From Podarcis tiliguerta (taxonomy: Eukaryota): DNA of 64,000 nt. Below are positions 50,750 through 64,000 of this stretch, piece after piece (the stretch's first letter is position 1; each line of letters opens with the position of its first letter). The translations under genes and the position numbers were made by a program. The stretch lies in assembly GCA_965153285.1 (NCBI GenBank), contig OZ229120.1; one strand, written 5' to 3'. The notes under the pieces are model-generated. The model ran no database searches. It was not told where the DNA came from and saw nothing but the letters and a program-made list of their open reading frames with translations.

Positions 50750-53700
50750 CTGGGCAACCCAACTTTTCATGCAAAACTAAGAAGAATGCTAGTGAGCCTT
50801 CTGTGATGGTCACATTTCCTGCACATACCTCCTTGTATTCATGGAAAGCGGTGGGTTGCTTATTCTCTGGATCACGTAGTTATTTTTTGCAGATGTTGAA
50901 TTGCTTTCATGTTAACTGGGAATCAATAAAAACATAGGGTTGTAACTAACTAAATCTTTGTGAATGTGGAACAACACCTGCAAGGACACGCCCTCACAGA
51001 TTTGCTCTGATGGTTCCAAACCAGGTCCAAGAGATATATTAGCACAACCCAAATCTATGGATGAAATAAATATTCCACACCATCCAGAAGGATGCAATGG
51101 CAGATACAAAGGGAAGCTTGCTAACGTTGTCCAGTTGTAATGCTCAGCTGGAATAGTTTGGACAATAACTTACTATAGTTGCCACCCATCTTAGAGACCA
51201 GGTGCCTCATTGCTAGAATTGTAGGAAAGATGATACATGTGTTGATGGAGATAAAGAGGAAGGCTCTGCATATCTGTGACAGCTACATACTCATCAAGTC
51301 TGCACAGCACTGCCTTAGTGATGAATGGCTTTCCCAGATGTTGTGCTTGGGCTCCAGTTTGACCTGTGTGATTCATTCATTTCCACACGGTAGCTGTCGT
51401 ATATTGCTATTTTATGTCGTAGCTTTTAAAGACCTTTGTGCTGTGCCCAGAGAATGGAATGAAAGGAGCAGATGAAAGGTCTGAGGGGAAAGGACACATT
51501 TGGGACCTCTGACTTTAGTGGAGGTCAATGTGTTTGGGTTAAGATAAGTAAGAGGAAAAAAAAGAGCAAATTATTCACCGTATGTTGTTTTCCAATCCAG
51601 ACTAATCACTGCCTCAAAAAATATATCTATCTATCTTGTGATATGCTTGCTTGGTGCCATCTGTCCCTCTCTGTGGGGAAGGCACAGACTAAGCTGGAAA
51701 AATAAGTGGCTGAGGGGATATTGGGGGTTTGTGACCTAGAATCTACAGCTTACAAACCGATTTCTCTGCAGATCCTCAGTCTTCATAGGATTAGGTGGTA
51801 TATACCTTCTGTCCCTCCGTGTGGCTTTAAAAACCAAGAAAAAGTATATCTGGGAGAACTCCCTTTGGCTAGAGATGTGCCTATGCAGTCAAGTTTTACG
51901 TCTCTTGCTACAGTCCTATATATAGTTGAGCTCAATGCAACTCACTGAGCATGAGTGAGCATGAATAGCATCACACTATAATAACAAAAGTTAATAGCAA
52001 AACATTAACTCTCATATCTATGTTTTTTTAAATGCAATTCTTTTACGGAAAAGCTTTGTAATGTTTAATTGGAAGAGTGCTACCAGTTCTTATTTTCAGG
52101 TAATTCAACTGTTTATTTCCATTCAATGGGATCTGAATAACATGCTCCTAGCTAGAACTGAGGGTACTGTGATTCAGGGCCACAGTCATTTTGTCATTTT
52201 TTTAAAAAAAAAATATTTTAAAGGAGGACGTGTTACTATAGGGTGATGTTTACCCTGCTCCTCTCCATAGCTATGTGGTAGAGTTGTCACTTAAACAGGT
52301 AGATAAAATGCTAAATGAGAGTCCTAAATATGGTGAGGGTGGGAGTGTTTAAGTACCATCCTATTTGACATTCCTTAGTGTGGGAACTTCTGAAATGCAT
52401 ATTGTAGCTTAACAATACTTATTCTTTCACCAGGCTGATAGTAAAATGTAGAACTGAGGAATGCAAATTAATTTATTAAGTAGGTAATTTCTTGCACCGT
52501 TAAAAATTTGATTACAGACAATAAATAAGCCTCATTCTTCTTCTTGTAGGACTAATATAATGATTTTATCATTTTAGTCTAATGCTCTTTGTTTATGTTG
52601 TTGGAAATATGTTCATCGACTACTGATTTGAATTTGCGGAGAAGTGTAGGAATGTTATTCAATTATGTGCTTTGAACAGTCTCTAGATAGCATTTTCGAA
52701 AAGTCATGTCAGCACACTGAAATGCTATGGTAGCATGAAGGGTATATTGAAATAATGTACTGTATATAAATAGACATATTTTAGAAGCATGACTACTCAG
52801 GTCTTTCACGCCCAAAATTCTTCTCATCCTTATGAATGTAGAGGTCAGTCCTCAGTCCCCCCCCCCCCTTTAGCACTGAAGAATTCTGCTTTTCGGTGGG
52901 AAGGATCCGGGTTTCAGCCATCTCTTCAAAACAGTTTTTACTTTTGTGCTGAGCAGCTCCCACCCTAAACTCAGGCAGCACCATTTAAGAGCAAGGCCTT
53001 CACATTACAGATAGGTGGAAGGGGGATATTCCTTTGGCTTAGGTAATGCATAGTGCAGGCAGCCCAAAGATGCATGCAGTCATGACTTCTCACAACAAAC
53101 CGTTACAGTTAAGTAAAAGCAATGGTCAGTGCTAAATCTGCCAAAGGAAATTCACAGTTATGACTGAAAATCTAGGTTGATGCAGCAGCCTTAAGTTAAA
53201 TACATTTAACACATATCATTTTAATTACTGTGATGAAATAGGCTTGCTAATATCAAATTTTCTTAAAAAGCGAAAAATGTTTTAGCCATTTTTGGTTTAA
53301 TTTCCCATAATATTAAGTGGCAGGGGCATGCAGCTTCTGTTTTCCCAAGTTTTCCAAGTTAGCCCGTCTCTGAATCATTCCAAGCCAAACTGTGCTGTTT
53401 TCCCAAGTGAAGGGTTTGAACTGGACCTTGTTGCCTGTACGCACCTCTGATTTTAACACATTCGTGACTATCTGCAATTTCTCCTGGAAGGTTTGGGCCA
53501 GTTTAGTCCTATTCACGACAGCAAAAGAACTTGTGAGGGCTTAAATTGTGGAGCAAGGAGCATGCATGTACACACAGCCACTGCCTCCAATGTTTCTGCA
53601 TGCAGTGGGCATATGTGCTTCACATAGAGCTGGAAGATACGGAAGGGACTTGTAAGCAAGTTCAATTAAATGCACTTCAAAACTCCCATAGGAACATCCC

Positions 53701-54369
53701 TCTGAAGGTCAGGATACTCCCCCTCCTCGATTTAAGTCCTTATATTCTTTGGAATGCATGAATAGGGCTTTTGTGTGGCCTTTCTCCATCTATGGCCCTT
53801 AGTGAAAAGCCCACAGTGCTATATGCAGACCTTATCACACCTAGCTGGTGTGAAGAAATACAGTTTCAGAACACTGTGAAAACACTTTTTGTTTACTTCG
53901 GCATAGCCTTGTGATTTATGAAGCATCAAAGTAACTTGGCTCAGAAGAAACCTGGTATTTACATGTGTGTTTTGTGATTATGGCTGGGTCATTGCTGACG
54001 TTGAAATGGCTTGGCAGTCCCTCTGTGACTAAATGATGGCTCCTTTTAAAAAGGTTTCCAAAGATGGAAAAAATCTGTAAAAGTTAAGTACCTGTGTTGT
54101 GTCATAGCTGCACTCTTCATCTAGCTTGGTACTGGCAGCAGAACAGCATTTATGGTTCAAAGCAGTGTGGGAAGAAACACACTGTAGGTTTTCTTCCCTT
54201 CATTAGTTTAGATTTTAGCGCTGCTGAACTGAAAACGCTTCTAAAGTGTCTTCTCTGCTTTGTAAATACCTAAGTGAAACTACTTTTTCAACCATCTACT
54301 CATGATTTGTTTATAAAGTAACTGAACCTTAAATATATTGGTTGATTTTCGATACCTATAAATGAAATG

Positions 54370-54550
54370 CTAGTTCAGCAGCAGAGCATCTTCTTCGCAT
54401 GCAAAATAACTTAGGTTCAGTTCTCAGCATCACCAGGTAGGGATGGAAATGTCCCATCTCAGACCCTGGAGAAATGCTGCCAGTTAGTGCAAGCCACACT
54501 GAATGTGATGGACCAGTTGCCTGGATCAGTATAAGACAGCTTCCTATGTG
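54370..54550 (+). mobile_element. ~180-bp tRNA(Ala-like)-derived squamate SINE
   Basis: AGAGCATC..GCATGCA..GGTTCAGTTC head; ACCCTGGAGA..CTGCCAGT body; AGTATAAGACAGCTTCCTATGT tail. Confidence 0.75.
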
Positions 54551-57384
54551 CCCTCTGTAACAGCGGTTGTTGTTTTTTAAATGTAGAATAATGCTATTTG
54601 TATTTCACAGTAGTGTCTTATGTATAAGGCTTTTTCTTGGCCAAGGTATCCCCAAAACATTTTAACTAATTAATGCATTCTAGAAAACACTGAGCACTCT
54701 GATTGTTTGAATATGACTGGTGTGAGGTCATTTTGGCTGATAAAAAAGGCAGTGTTTGTGGTATGTGGTTGGTCAAACAGCTTTTCACTTTATGAAGAAG
54801 AAAATGATACTTGCATCTTTCATGGATGCCTGATGTGCCTGTGGCTGCACATGCCAGTCCTGAGATAAATGCATGGACAACTGTTGCCTAGACAAGGCAG
54901 TGTTGTCTAAGCAAGCCTCCCAGGAACAGGGGAAACCTTAAAATATGTGTAGTTCCCACATGGGCAGAGTGTGCTTATGTCTCATATTGAGAACCATTGT
55001 GGTAAGTGTTGCATAACATGAAGTTAAATTTCTGCATTTATTTCAGACATTTTTACACCTCTTAGCACCATGGTTTCTAAGTGATACAAAACGGATACTG
55101 ATTTGCTAAAAATAACCAGAAAATCAGAAAAGCTTACTTAAAATGCCTGCTGATTTTTTTTACAAGTCTTCATCAGGCACCTGAAGTTCAACATGGCAGT
55201 TGATGCTGCTACTTGTCTCCAGTTGTGTGTGGGAGTTAAGGATGAAAAAATAGTCTGAAGCAAGTAGGAACTGATGCTTCACACTTCAGTGCTATGAGAG
55301 TACTTTTTTGGGTGCAAAATGAAAAGCACAGCCTCTAAGCTAATGTAATGACACACCAAAGGAGGTAATATTTTCCTCAATAAATGTAAAGTCTGCTTAA
55401 TACAATAGTTTGATGTTATTACTCAGAAAGACAGAGAAGGAAAGCATGCTCAGATTCTATAAGAGGAACAAAACTTCCTCTTGTAATTGCATCCTATTAA
55501 CTTGCAAAGAAAAACTATTGCCTACCAATCCACATGAAGGGAATATAACCCAGATATTGCAAAATCCAGAGTGTTAGTGCTAGAAATAGCATGCCACCCC
55601 ATCGCTCTTCATAGCTATCCTGTTCAAAAGATTGCCTGCTAGGACCGTTGTGCGCTCACAGCATGGGGTTCTGTTGACAATGCTGCTTCTCATTTTATTT
55701 AAACTGTGGTTTTCTCTCAGTTGCACTTTATGAAATCCCAGTCTGAGCGCTCGGGCTGCCATAGGTTATTGAAACTGAAGCCTTTGCACCCAGCTGCAAT
55801 TGCCTTTTTAAAGGAACTTTACTGGTGTAGTGACATGTACAACACATTTTCTCTCAGGGGAGCCGAGGCAAGTATTCTTGGCCAGTTAAGAGATGCATTC
55901 TAGAAAGTGGTTACCAAAGTAGCTCTGTGAGAGCCAGAGAGCGAGTTAGGGAAGGCACTTGTTGCTGTCTGCAAGGTTTACAGTACCCTCCTGCTTTTCT
56001 AATTGGAACTAATTGGCTGAGGAAGCTATTTGTAATCTTTGAGTCATCCTGCTCGCTGCATTGTTCCAACCACTGCCTCTCCTTCCCCTATTAAATATGG
56101 TGAGTAGCACTCAGAGCTCTTGTGTCTCAAGAGATGGTATGTGCATTATCTGCAGTCCCTCAGCTACCAAAGACTTGTCAGTCACTCCGACCTCCAAGGA
56201 CCTCTGTCAAAGCCAGCAAACAAGGCACTGGGGTCTGAAATGGCTTTTTTATTTTCCATTCTGGGTTCCTACCCTCCTTTTTTTGTTGTAGGGAAAGAAG
56301 GGGGTGTAAGATTCCCTAATTATTTGGAAGTGTATGCAAACACTAAGAAGCATTAGGAACATCAAGTGGGGCTCTGCTTTTATTAACAAACCCTTTCTTC
56401 CCTAAATAGATGTCAAACATATTATTCTCTCTCAGACAGTTAACCTTTCATCTCTCCTGTAAGGAGAAAAAAAAAATCCACTCTGTGCCAGGCTAATTTG
56501 CTATTTAAAATAGTTTAAAGTAAGTTGGGGTGGGGGAATGTCATTTACAGTGACACTCACTTTTCTTTCCTTTCTTTTTTTAAAAGTACCTTTCAGCATT
56601 GCGATTTGTGTCCTGGGTTTTTTAGAGTTACATTTCATAAATGTCACTCGCAATAGTGGCCTTTACCTTCCACAAAATACCACAAGAAAATCCAAATGGA
56701 GCCAGCAAGGCTGAGAAGGACCTCCATCCTTTTTCCATGCTCACATGAACTGCACATAGATGTAAAGATCTTCCTGTTTCAATGCATAAGTCGTTTCCCC
56801 AGTTCTGTTGAAGGCAGAGCACCTCCATTTATCTCTTTTCTCCCTGTGCAAAATATCTAATGTGACTTAATTATTAAACCCCAAAAAATTATTTTACAGA
56901 GCTGTGGGGAGGGACTTGGGGAAGCAGTAAAATTACTTCTTTAACACAGACCGCTATTTTGTATCAGTTTCCCTTATCTTTTTCCTCCTGCCTTTCCCCA
57001 GTATTTCTGTTGTCTCTTTTCTGCTGTTTGAGAGCTATCAGTGATGCGGTGTTAATGGCTGCATTGAAATCAGTGAGAATAGGATCTGAACCAGTAGGTT
57101 CGAACTACAATAAAAAGATTTAGACTATACATTAGGAAGCAATTCCTGAAGGTACAAGTTCAACCATGGATGAGACTACTTCAGAAGGTGGTGGGCTCTT
57201 CTTTAAGTAAGGTCTGGGTGACTGTGTTTCAGGCTTGTAGTAGGAGTAGATTTCTAGCATCCAGAGGTTGGTCACAGACTGGATGACTTCTGAAGGCGCT
57301 TCTAAATTTGATTCTCTAACACCGATCATGGTAGCACAACCACATTTTTAACCATGCTTGAAACTGCTGTTTGATACTATTTGT

Positions 57385-57391
<7 letters not shown>

Positions 57392-57432
<41 letters not shown>

Positions 57433-57856
57433 TTATACCACGCCCATTTGGCTGGTTTTCCCCAGCCACTCTGAGCGGCTTCCACCGAATATTAAAAACA
57501 ATACAGCATCAGACATTAAAAACTTCCCTAAACCTCACTTATCGCAGTGAGGAAACTGCCAGAAGGCCCTCGGCGCTGGACCTCAGTGTCCGGGCTGGAT
57601 GATGGAGGTGGCGACGCTCCTTCAGGTATACAGGACCAAGGCCATTTAGGGCTTTAAAGGTCAGCACCAACACTTTGAATTGTTCTCGGAAACGTACTGG
57701 CAGCCAACGAAGATCTTTCAGGACTGGTGTTATATGGTCTTGGCGGCCTCTCCCAGTCACCAGTCTAGCTGCCGCATTCTGGATTAATTGCAGTTTCCTA
57801 GTCACCTTCAAAGGTAGCCCCACGTAGAGCGCATTGCAGTAGTCCAAGAGGGAGAT
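57392..57856 (-). mobile_element. Relatively young 5'-truncated L2 LINE with an (AAT)n tail on the + strand
   Basis: ORF 57539..57847 (DYCNALYVGLP...LQLIQNAAARLV...HITPVL..L.WLPV..R..FK) is a canonical L2 ORF2 C-terminus. 12-bp flanking repeat TTTGTGTTAATA at 57380-57391 and 57857-57868. Confidence 0.95.
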
Positions 57857-58364
57857 TTTGTGTTAATATCTGCAAGCACAACACTGCACCATAGTTTCCC
57901 CTAAAATTGAAAGGGGGTGCAAGTCTCTGTGCTTCATGCAGACAATGTGGGGGGAAGCTTCAGGTTACTTTTGATTGGGATTGGAACTGTATGGTGGCTG
58001 CTCTGGCATGCAATAGTAGAAAAATTGAAATTGATTTGAGTGTAACAGTAGATCAAAAAATATGGCAAAAATTGATCACTTTAAGCCAAAGGACATTACG
58101 GTCCATAAAATAAACAGCACACTGCTTGAATGTATGCATGCAGAAATACAAAAAATACATGTAGCAGTCACTTTTAGCACCTTGGTTTTAAAAAGTGTGA
58201 GCATGGTCATCAAGAAATAATAGTACAGGCATTTTAAATCAAAATAATAAATTAAATATCACTTGAGTCATCAATTATTTTTGTACACTAAGCTTGGATT
58301 TTCTTTCTTCCAGGCAAATTTTGCATCTCCCAAGCACATCATTGCTTGCAATGAAAATACATAT

Positions 58365-59880
58365 TTATTTTATTCAAATTTATTTTTAAAATTTCTATCC
58401 TGACTATTTTGACAGACTCAAGGTGACTAACAAACAGTAATAAAACAAGTTTTTTAAAAATCCCTAAAACAAAACTCTCAATAGACATTCAAATAATAAT
58501 AATAAAAACATATCCAATCTGTATATCAAATTTCAGCAGCAGAAAAAAATAGCACAGATCTGAGGCAGCAAAACTACATGATTAACCAAAGGTCTTTTTT
58601 AAAAAGCAGGTCTGCACCAACCTCCTGAAGCAGTGTGGCTGCTTTGTGGGGAACCTTGCTTGGAAAGGGAGATATAAATTTATTATGAATTCGTTAAAAA
58701 GTGAAGGGGCCACTTGATAGAATTTTCCATAGGGTAGATGGCACAAGAGAAAAGGGGCTGTACCCCTAATTTACACCAGTCACATCTCCTGACATTGAGG
58801 GACTTAGAACAGAGTCTCAGATGATAATCTGAGCATATGGAGAGGAACATCTGGGAAAGGTAGTTCCTAAAGTAGACAGGTGCCAAGCCAACAAGGGCTT
58901 TGAAGATTTAAGACCAGCACCTTGAATTGACCTGGGAACTAATCAGCAGCCAGTGCAAGACATAAAGAAATGGCACGATAAATCAGACCACCTAGCTCTT
59001 GCCAACATTCTGGTGACAGCATTCTGCACTAATTGAGGTTTCTGAACATTTTCCAAGGGTAGCACTGTATAGAACATGTTACAGCAGCCTAATCTGGAAG
59101 TCATTAAATCAAGAATGCCCATGCCAAGGTCCACCTTCGTCAGCAAAGGCCATAGCTGGTGTACCATTTTAAACTAGGGAAATCTGTAAATGGTTCATCT
59201 ACTAATGGTAACTTGTTTGGACTGAGTTTCAGCTTGTTGTACCACACCTAGTCTTTCAGAACTGTCAAGCAGTGCTTCAGCATTTCAACTGCCTCCCTTC
59301 ATATAAAAATGAAAGGTAAACATGGATACCTGATGACTTCAGGAACCAAATTTCCATTTGACCTTCCCCAGCAGGTTCAGTGTTAAATAGCTCAGTGGGA
59401 TAAGGTGGAACCTAATGAAACTCCCTTGGTGACATGCCATAGGGAAGAAGAGCAGTCTCCCAATACTACCTTCTGTGTGGTAAGAAATCCCTGAAATAAA
59501 CAGATCCATTTCAACACCGTGGCCCCAGTTTCCATCACTTCAAGGTGACTCCAAAGGCCAATGGCGTCAAACCCTGCCAGGAGCCTACACACCCTCCTAT
59601 TCATTTTGTAGATAATCCACTAGGATGACCAAGGCAGTTTCCATGCTGAAACTAGGCTGAAGTCCAGTGTAGAAGGGATTTCAATCATTACTTTCATCCA
59701 AAGCTCTGGAGCTACATTACTAGAACTTACGCACATACCCAATGAGAATATTAAAAACCAAAGTGATCACTACCCAAGTAGATTTCCATTTCCATGATCA
59801 GGCACTATATCGCTGTCTCTTTCCAGATCAAAGGCATGAAAACCTTGGTAAAGGAGGTGTTTATTACTGCCACACCCATT
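58365..59880 (-). mobile_element. Old fragmented L2 LINE
   Basis: Decayed L2 motifs in ORFs 58943..59167 (SRLGCCN...QLVQNAVTRML) and 59392..59604 (QKVVLGDCSS...GVSLGSTL). TTTATT tail at ~58365. Confidence 0.8.
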
Positions 59881-62800
59881 GGGCCTGTGCTACTGCATCA
59901 CCAAATATGTCTGTTGGTAGAGCAGACATGTTGAGAAGAGACTGTAGAACGGTAGAAAGATATCCACTCATAGGATGGTTTGTATAAAGAACAAGTTTAT
60001 ACCTAATGAATCTCGAATTCACCAGACCCACAAATGCAAAGGCTTATTTAACAAGTGGGTTTTTAAAAATCTACTTAAAATATTCAAACCCCTTTTTCTA
60101 TTAAAAATAATTGCCAGAGTAGATTACCATAAAAATACAATATATCACAATACAGCAATGCACTGTAATACAATAACATTATTGCATTAAATTATCAAAA
60201 CAGTAAACAACAATAATTAAAATAACAAAAGCCAGTAATAGTAGAACTTCATCGGAGACATCATAAAACAGCAGGTGAGTTAATGAATTTCCCTTCCAAA
60301 AAGGGACTAATGTGAGCCCAGAGCTGTAAAGCCCTTAAGGAAGAGCTGTAAGATATTATTTCCAAACCAAACCACTTTTTATACAATGGATACCATTGAG
60401 AGTAAGAACAAGCCATATTGGCAACATGACACACACATCCCATTGCTTGTATTGAAGTTGTTTTTCTTTTTCTTTGAGCAGCTGTTTCACTCTACCAGGG
60501 GAGAAAGAAAATAGTTCTCAACATTAATTCCATAAGCATGAAAAATAGCTCTGATGTCTTTCCATCAGGATTGCCTAAGAGTGGTTTTTATTAAGTCTAG
60601 AACCATTCAAATGCTAAAGCCTGAGCTAACAGGAAGTTAATGTCTTTTTGGCAAAAGTTTCAATGGCTGTAATTTAAATTTCTGCCTTTTAAAATAATGG
60701 CACCTTTAGGCACAGCTGACTGGATGTCAAAGAATTCTGCAATGCTACCAAACTAGATGTGTCAGAATGCCATCAGATTAAAACAAAACACAACCAAGCA
60801 GAAGCATCTAGCTAAAGCCTGCTTTAGTTTTTGCATGTTTCTTCTCATTAATAGGAGATGAGTAAAGGTGATAAACGTTTACAGCTTGTTAATATTGCTT
60901 TCATTTTATAGTGCACATGAAAAATTAGTGCTTTATGAATGCAGGATGAGGAAAACGCTTTGAAAGCAGGGGTTTCGCCTGTGACACCCAGCATGATACT
61001 AGCTGCTCCCAGCTAGGGTGAAGGGTGGACCACAGAAGGGATAAATTATACTGTCTGATGGACTACCACATGTATGGGGTAGAAGGCATACAGGGTTCTC
61101 TCTCCCACATGCCTTCTTCCCCTTTACAGTTGCCAAAAGTTTGACAGAAGGAGAGGCTATGTTTGTGTGGCTTGGGTACCTGTGCAGACATGAAAGGCTT
61201 CAGAGGACTATGTGTTGCCCACATGTTGTAAGAGATGAAGCAATGGCCAGTCTCACCAAATCAACAAGTGCAGCTTGCTGAATTTTCAGGTAAGCAATGT
61301 ATCTACTTCAATTAAGGGGTTTCCATGAGTACGTGTGAAAGAGGGAAGCCTTCCCTCCGTGCCAACAATGGTTGAGTTGCCTTTAGAAGAATGTCGACTT
61401 GAAGTTCACTCTTGAGTTTCAGTATGGGATGTTGTTCTTCACTTCTGAATGTGTCTCTTTCCTTACCTGCTCTTCTGGTGTGATTTGATTTACAAACCTT
61501 TTCTTAAATACTTTTTTATTTTATGAAAAAAATAGCTTTTAACGTACTTCTACAAAGTTAGGTTTAAGTTTGAGATCTCCACTGCATTCCATAGTAGTTT
61601 AAAAAGGTGTATGGATCAAAAGTTTATAAACAGACCATTTATTTGAGATCTCTATTGACTCCTTGAAAAGTATATTAATTTCATTGACAATGTTATTTCG
61701 CAGATCTTTTTAAATAACATTCAGTAAGCTGAGGAGTTTGTGCAAATTACCAATAGAGAACAATGCAAATTGTTGCCACTTTTTAGATGTATAAGCTGAC
61801 TATACGCGCACGCACACAGACACATTGTGTATGTGTGTGTTTATAAATGTAACTAAAACATCACTGGGTGCATACAGTGTTGTTAAAAAGATGGCAAAAG
61901 TTTAAAGTGGATGTCCACATAATCTACTTAAAACAAACAAACAAAAAACACCCTCCCTTTTTTAACCTTGGTATTAAGAGAACTTTAGTAAGCACAATTC
62001 TGAATTTAAATGTGGTTTTCAAGAAAACGGACACTTTTAAGTTAATGATGCTTTCAGCTGCTAGAAAACTTCAAATATTACAATATGAGCTACATTATTT
62101 TTAAATGCTTATTAGGTTTTAATGGATATTTTACATGGTTTATGAGAGTAGAATGGTGCAAGGTGCTCTTACTTTTAAACAGCCATAAGGAAAAGGTGAT
62201 AAAAGTTTAATTCTTTAAATTAAAACGTACAATGCAAAAGATTCCTGGAGGGGAAAACAGAGGTAGGAGGTAAATGATTTAATTAGCATATGACTCAAAA
62301 TCCACTTCATGTAGCATTTATCTCCAAAACATAGATAAATAGAAAATGCCTCACTTATGCTGTGGAAGTGTATGCAGTAACTTTTTTTAAAAAAATCAAA
62401 CTTTAAAAAAAAGAAGAAGCTTGTAAATGTATTAGCACCCTAATCTGCTACCCCAGATCTGGATTTTGGATTCAAATGGAAGACAGTAATTCTGCTTAGT
62501 TGGGGTAAATTAACAAGCTGCTCTTGAGTAATCCGTTAGCCAAGGGCCATCTGTTGATGGTGTGTTCCTATATGGTGAACTTTCTTCAGGCGATGAATGA
62601 GGGGAGAGAATCGAGGCACTCCATGCGATTAGTAAGCAGATGCATGCTGTCTGAGAGCATCCTTCCTGCCTCTCATTCTGCCAGCTCTCTATATTGATGG
62701 AGTGTTGTATGCCAATAAGCCATTCCATGCTAGGGCAATGAGAAGTGCTCTCTCAGGGCCCATTCATCAAGTATTTCTACGGGTGTTTGTTAGAAAGGAA

Positions 62801-63697
62801 TTCTGAATGAGGTTTTTTTTATACAACGAAGGCTGATAGTCTTTCCTCTCCCTCTCTCTCTTTTTAAATCTGCAGACATATGTGCCCATTGTTCAACAGT
62901 AATAGCTATATGCTGTCCAAGGACCTCTTGTAAATACAAGATTCAGCTGCTTTTTTGTAACATGAGCAACTCTTTTGTGTCAAGATCATATTGTTTTTTT
63001 ATTCTTCTTCACTACGTCCAGTTCTCAACAATATGGAGTAAAGTGTTAGGCTACTGCTAGTAAGCAGTTTGAGACAGACCTCGCCATATTAGTAGACTAT
63101 TGTTGAGATTATTTAATGTGTTGTAATTAAAGCTGTTGGTAGTTAGCCTTGCTGATGAGAGCCACCTGTTGCCAAAAGGCCTTTTCAATGTGTTTATCTC
63201 CCTGCTTAGCCTAGAACTAGTTCTCAGTACTAGGGTTGGAACTTGTATCCCAGTGACCCAAGAGAGAGTGCCTGTCCTTCATCACTGAACAGTCATGTTG
63301 CACCTATCTGGGATTAGGAAGATGAATTGCAGGCCAGAGGGGTAAGGCATCTTGGGAGAGTCCTGATTTCTCTTGTTCAATCTAAAGGCTACTTACTGAG
63401 ACCCAGTGAAGAGTCTGGAAGCATCTGATGCTGCATTATTGCTGACTGGTAAGCAGATCGCTTATTGCAGAGACATTAAAATGTTGTTTCAGTACACTAG
63501 CCAACTTTTGGTCTGTCATAAAAGTCATAGGGATGCAGAAGCAGGTGAAACAAATTGCGCTGATCGAGCCATTATGCTCCTGATTTATTGCATAAATTAG
63601 TGGGAGCCTATCCTTCAGTATGTGTATGAAAGCAGCAGTATTACAAAAACTTGTCACAATAGCTCAACCATTTTGCAAAAAGTGTGTTTCATTCTCT

Positions 63698-63699
<2 letters not shown>

Positions 63700-63727
<28 letters not shown>
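63700..63727. repeat. (CA)n microsatellite abutting the MITE left end
   Basis: TA(CA)n runs directly into CAGTGG. Confidence 0.95.
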
Positions 63728-63731
<4 letters not shown>

Positions 63732-63963
63732 GGTACCCCGGGTTAAGAACTTAATTTGCTCTGGAGGTCCATTCTTAACCTGAAGCTGTTCTTAACCTGA
63801 GGTACTACTTTAGGTAATGGGGCCTCCCGCTGCGCCGCCGGAGCACGATTTCTGTTCTCATCCTGAATCAAAGTTCTTAACCCGAGGTACTGTTTCTGGG
63901 TTAGTGGAGTCTGTAACCTGGAGTGTCTGTAACCTGAAGCGTCTGTAACCCGAGGTACCAGTG
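63728..63963 (-). mobile_element. Tc1/mariner-pogo MITE (family of 17538-17766)
   Basis: CAGTGGTACCCCGGGTTA...TAACCCGAGGTACCAGTG inverted termini; reverse-complement homolog of the 17538 copy. Confidence 0.92.
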
Positions 63964-63985
63964 TGTGTGTGTGTGTGTGTGTGTA
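63964..63985. repeat. (TG)n microsatellite abutting the MITE right end
   Basis: (TG)nTA follows the terminal inverted repeat (TIR) directly. Confidence 0.95.
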
Positions 63986-64000
63986 TTAACTGATGCTGTT

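Noticed and set aside
62510-62728. 72-aa ATG-initiated minus-strand ORF
   Set aside because: No recognisable homology or splice context; length within chance expectation.

Overview
This window is AT-rich vertebrate non-coding DNA, almost certainly from a squamate. The Sauria-type SINEs resemble the Podarcis/lacertid form, so a lacertid lizard is the likely source. I recognise no intact cellular protein-coding exon, rRNA, functional tRNA or CRISPR array. The listed ORFs are short chance frames or decayed LINE (CR1, L2) ORF2 remnants. The window reads as a large intron or intergenic stretch containing Sauria SINEs, CORE/MIR-like SINEs, tRNA-headed CR1-tailed short SINEs, CR1 and L2 fragments, hAT and Tc1/mariner-pogo MITEs, microsatellites and several repeat-free islands that may be enhancers. 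The most notable structures are: (1) a near-perfect direct duplication of at least 606 bp flanking a Sauria SINE at the window start, possibly a giant target-site duplication (TSD); (2) a ~63-bp head-plus-tail Sauria SINE with a perfect 13-bp TSD; (3) short SINEs carrying different tRNA heads (Lys, Asn) on the same CR1 tail; (4) a MITE with mirror-image (CA)n/(TG)n arrays inside its TA target sites; (5) several nested insertions. A few candidate exons are listed at low confidence. I cannot support a new protein-coding system here. All family names come from recalled consensus features, not database searches.
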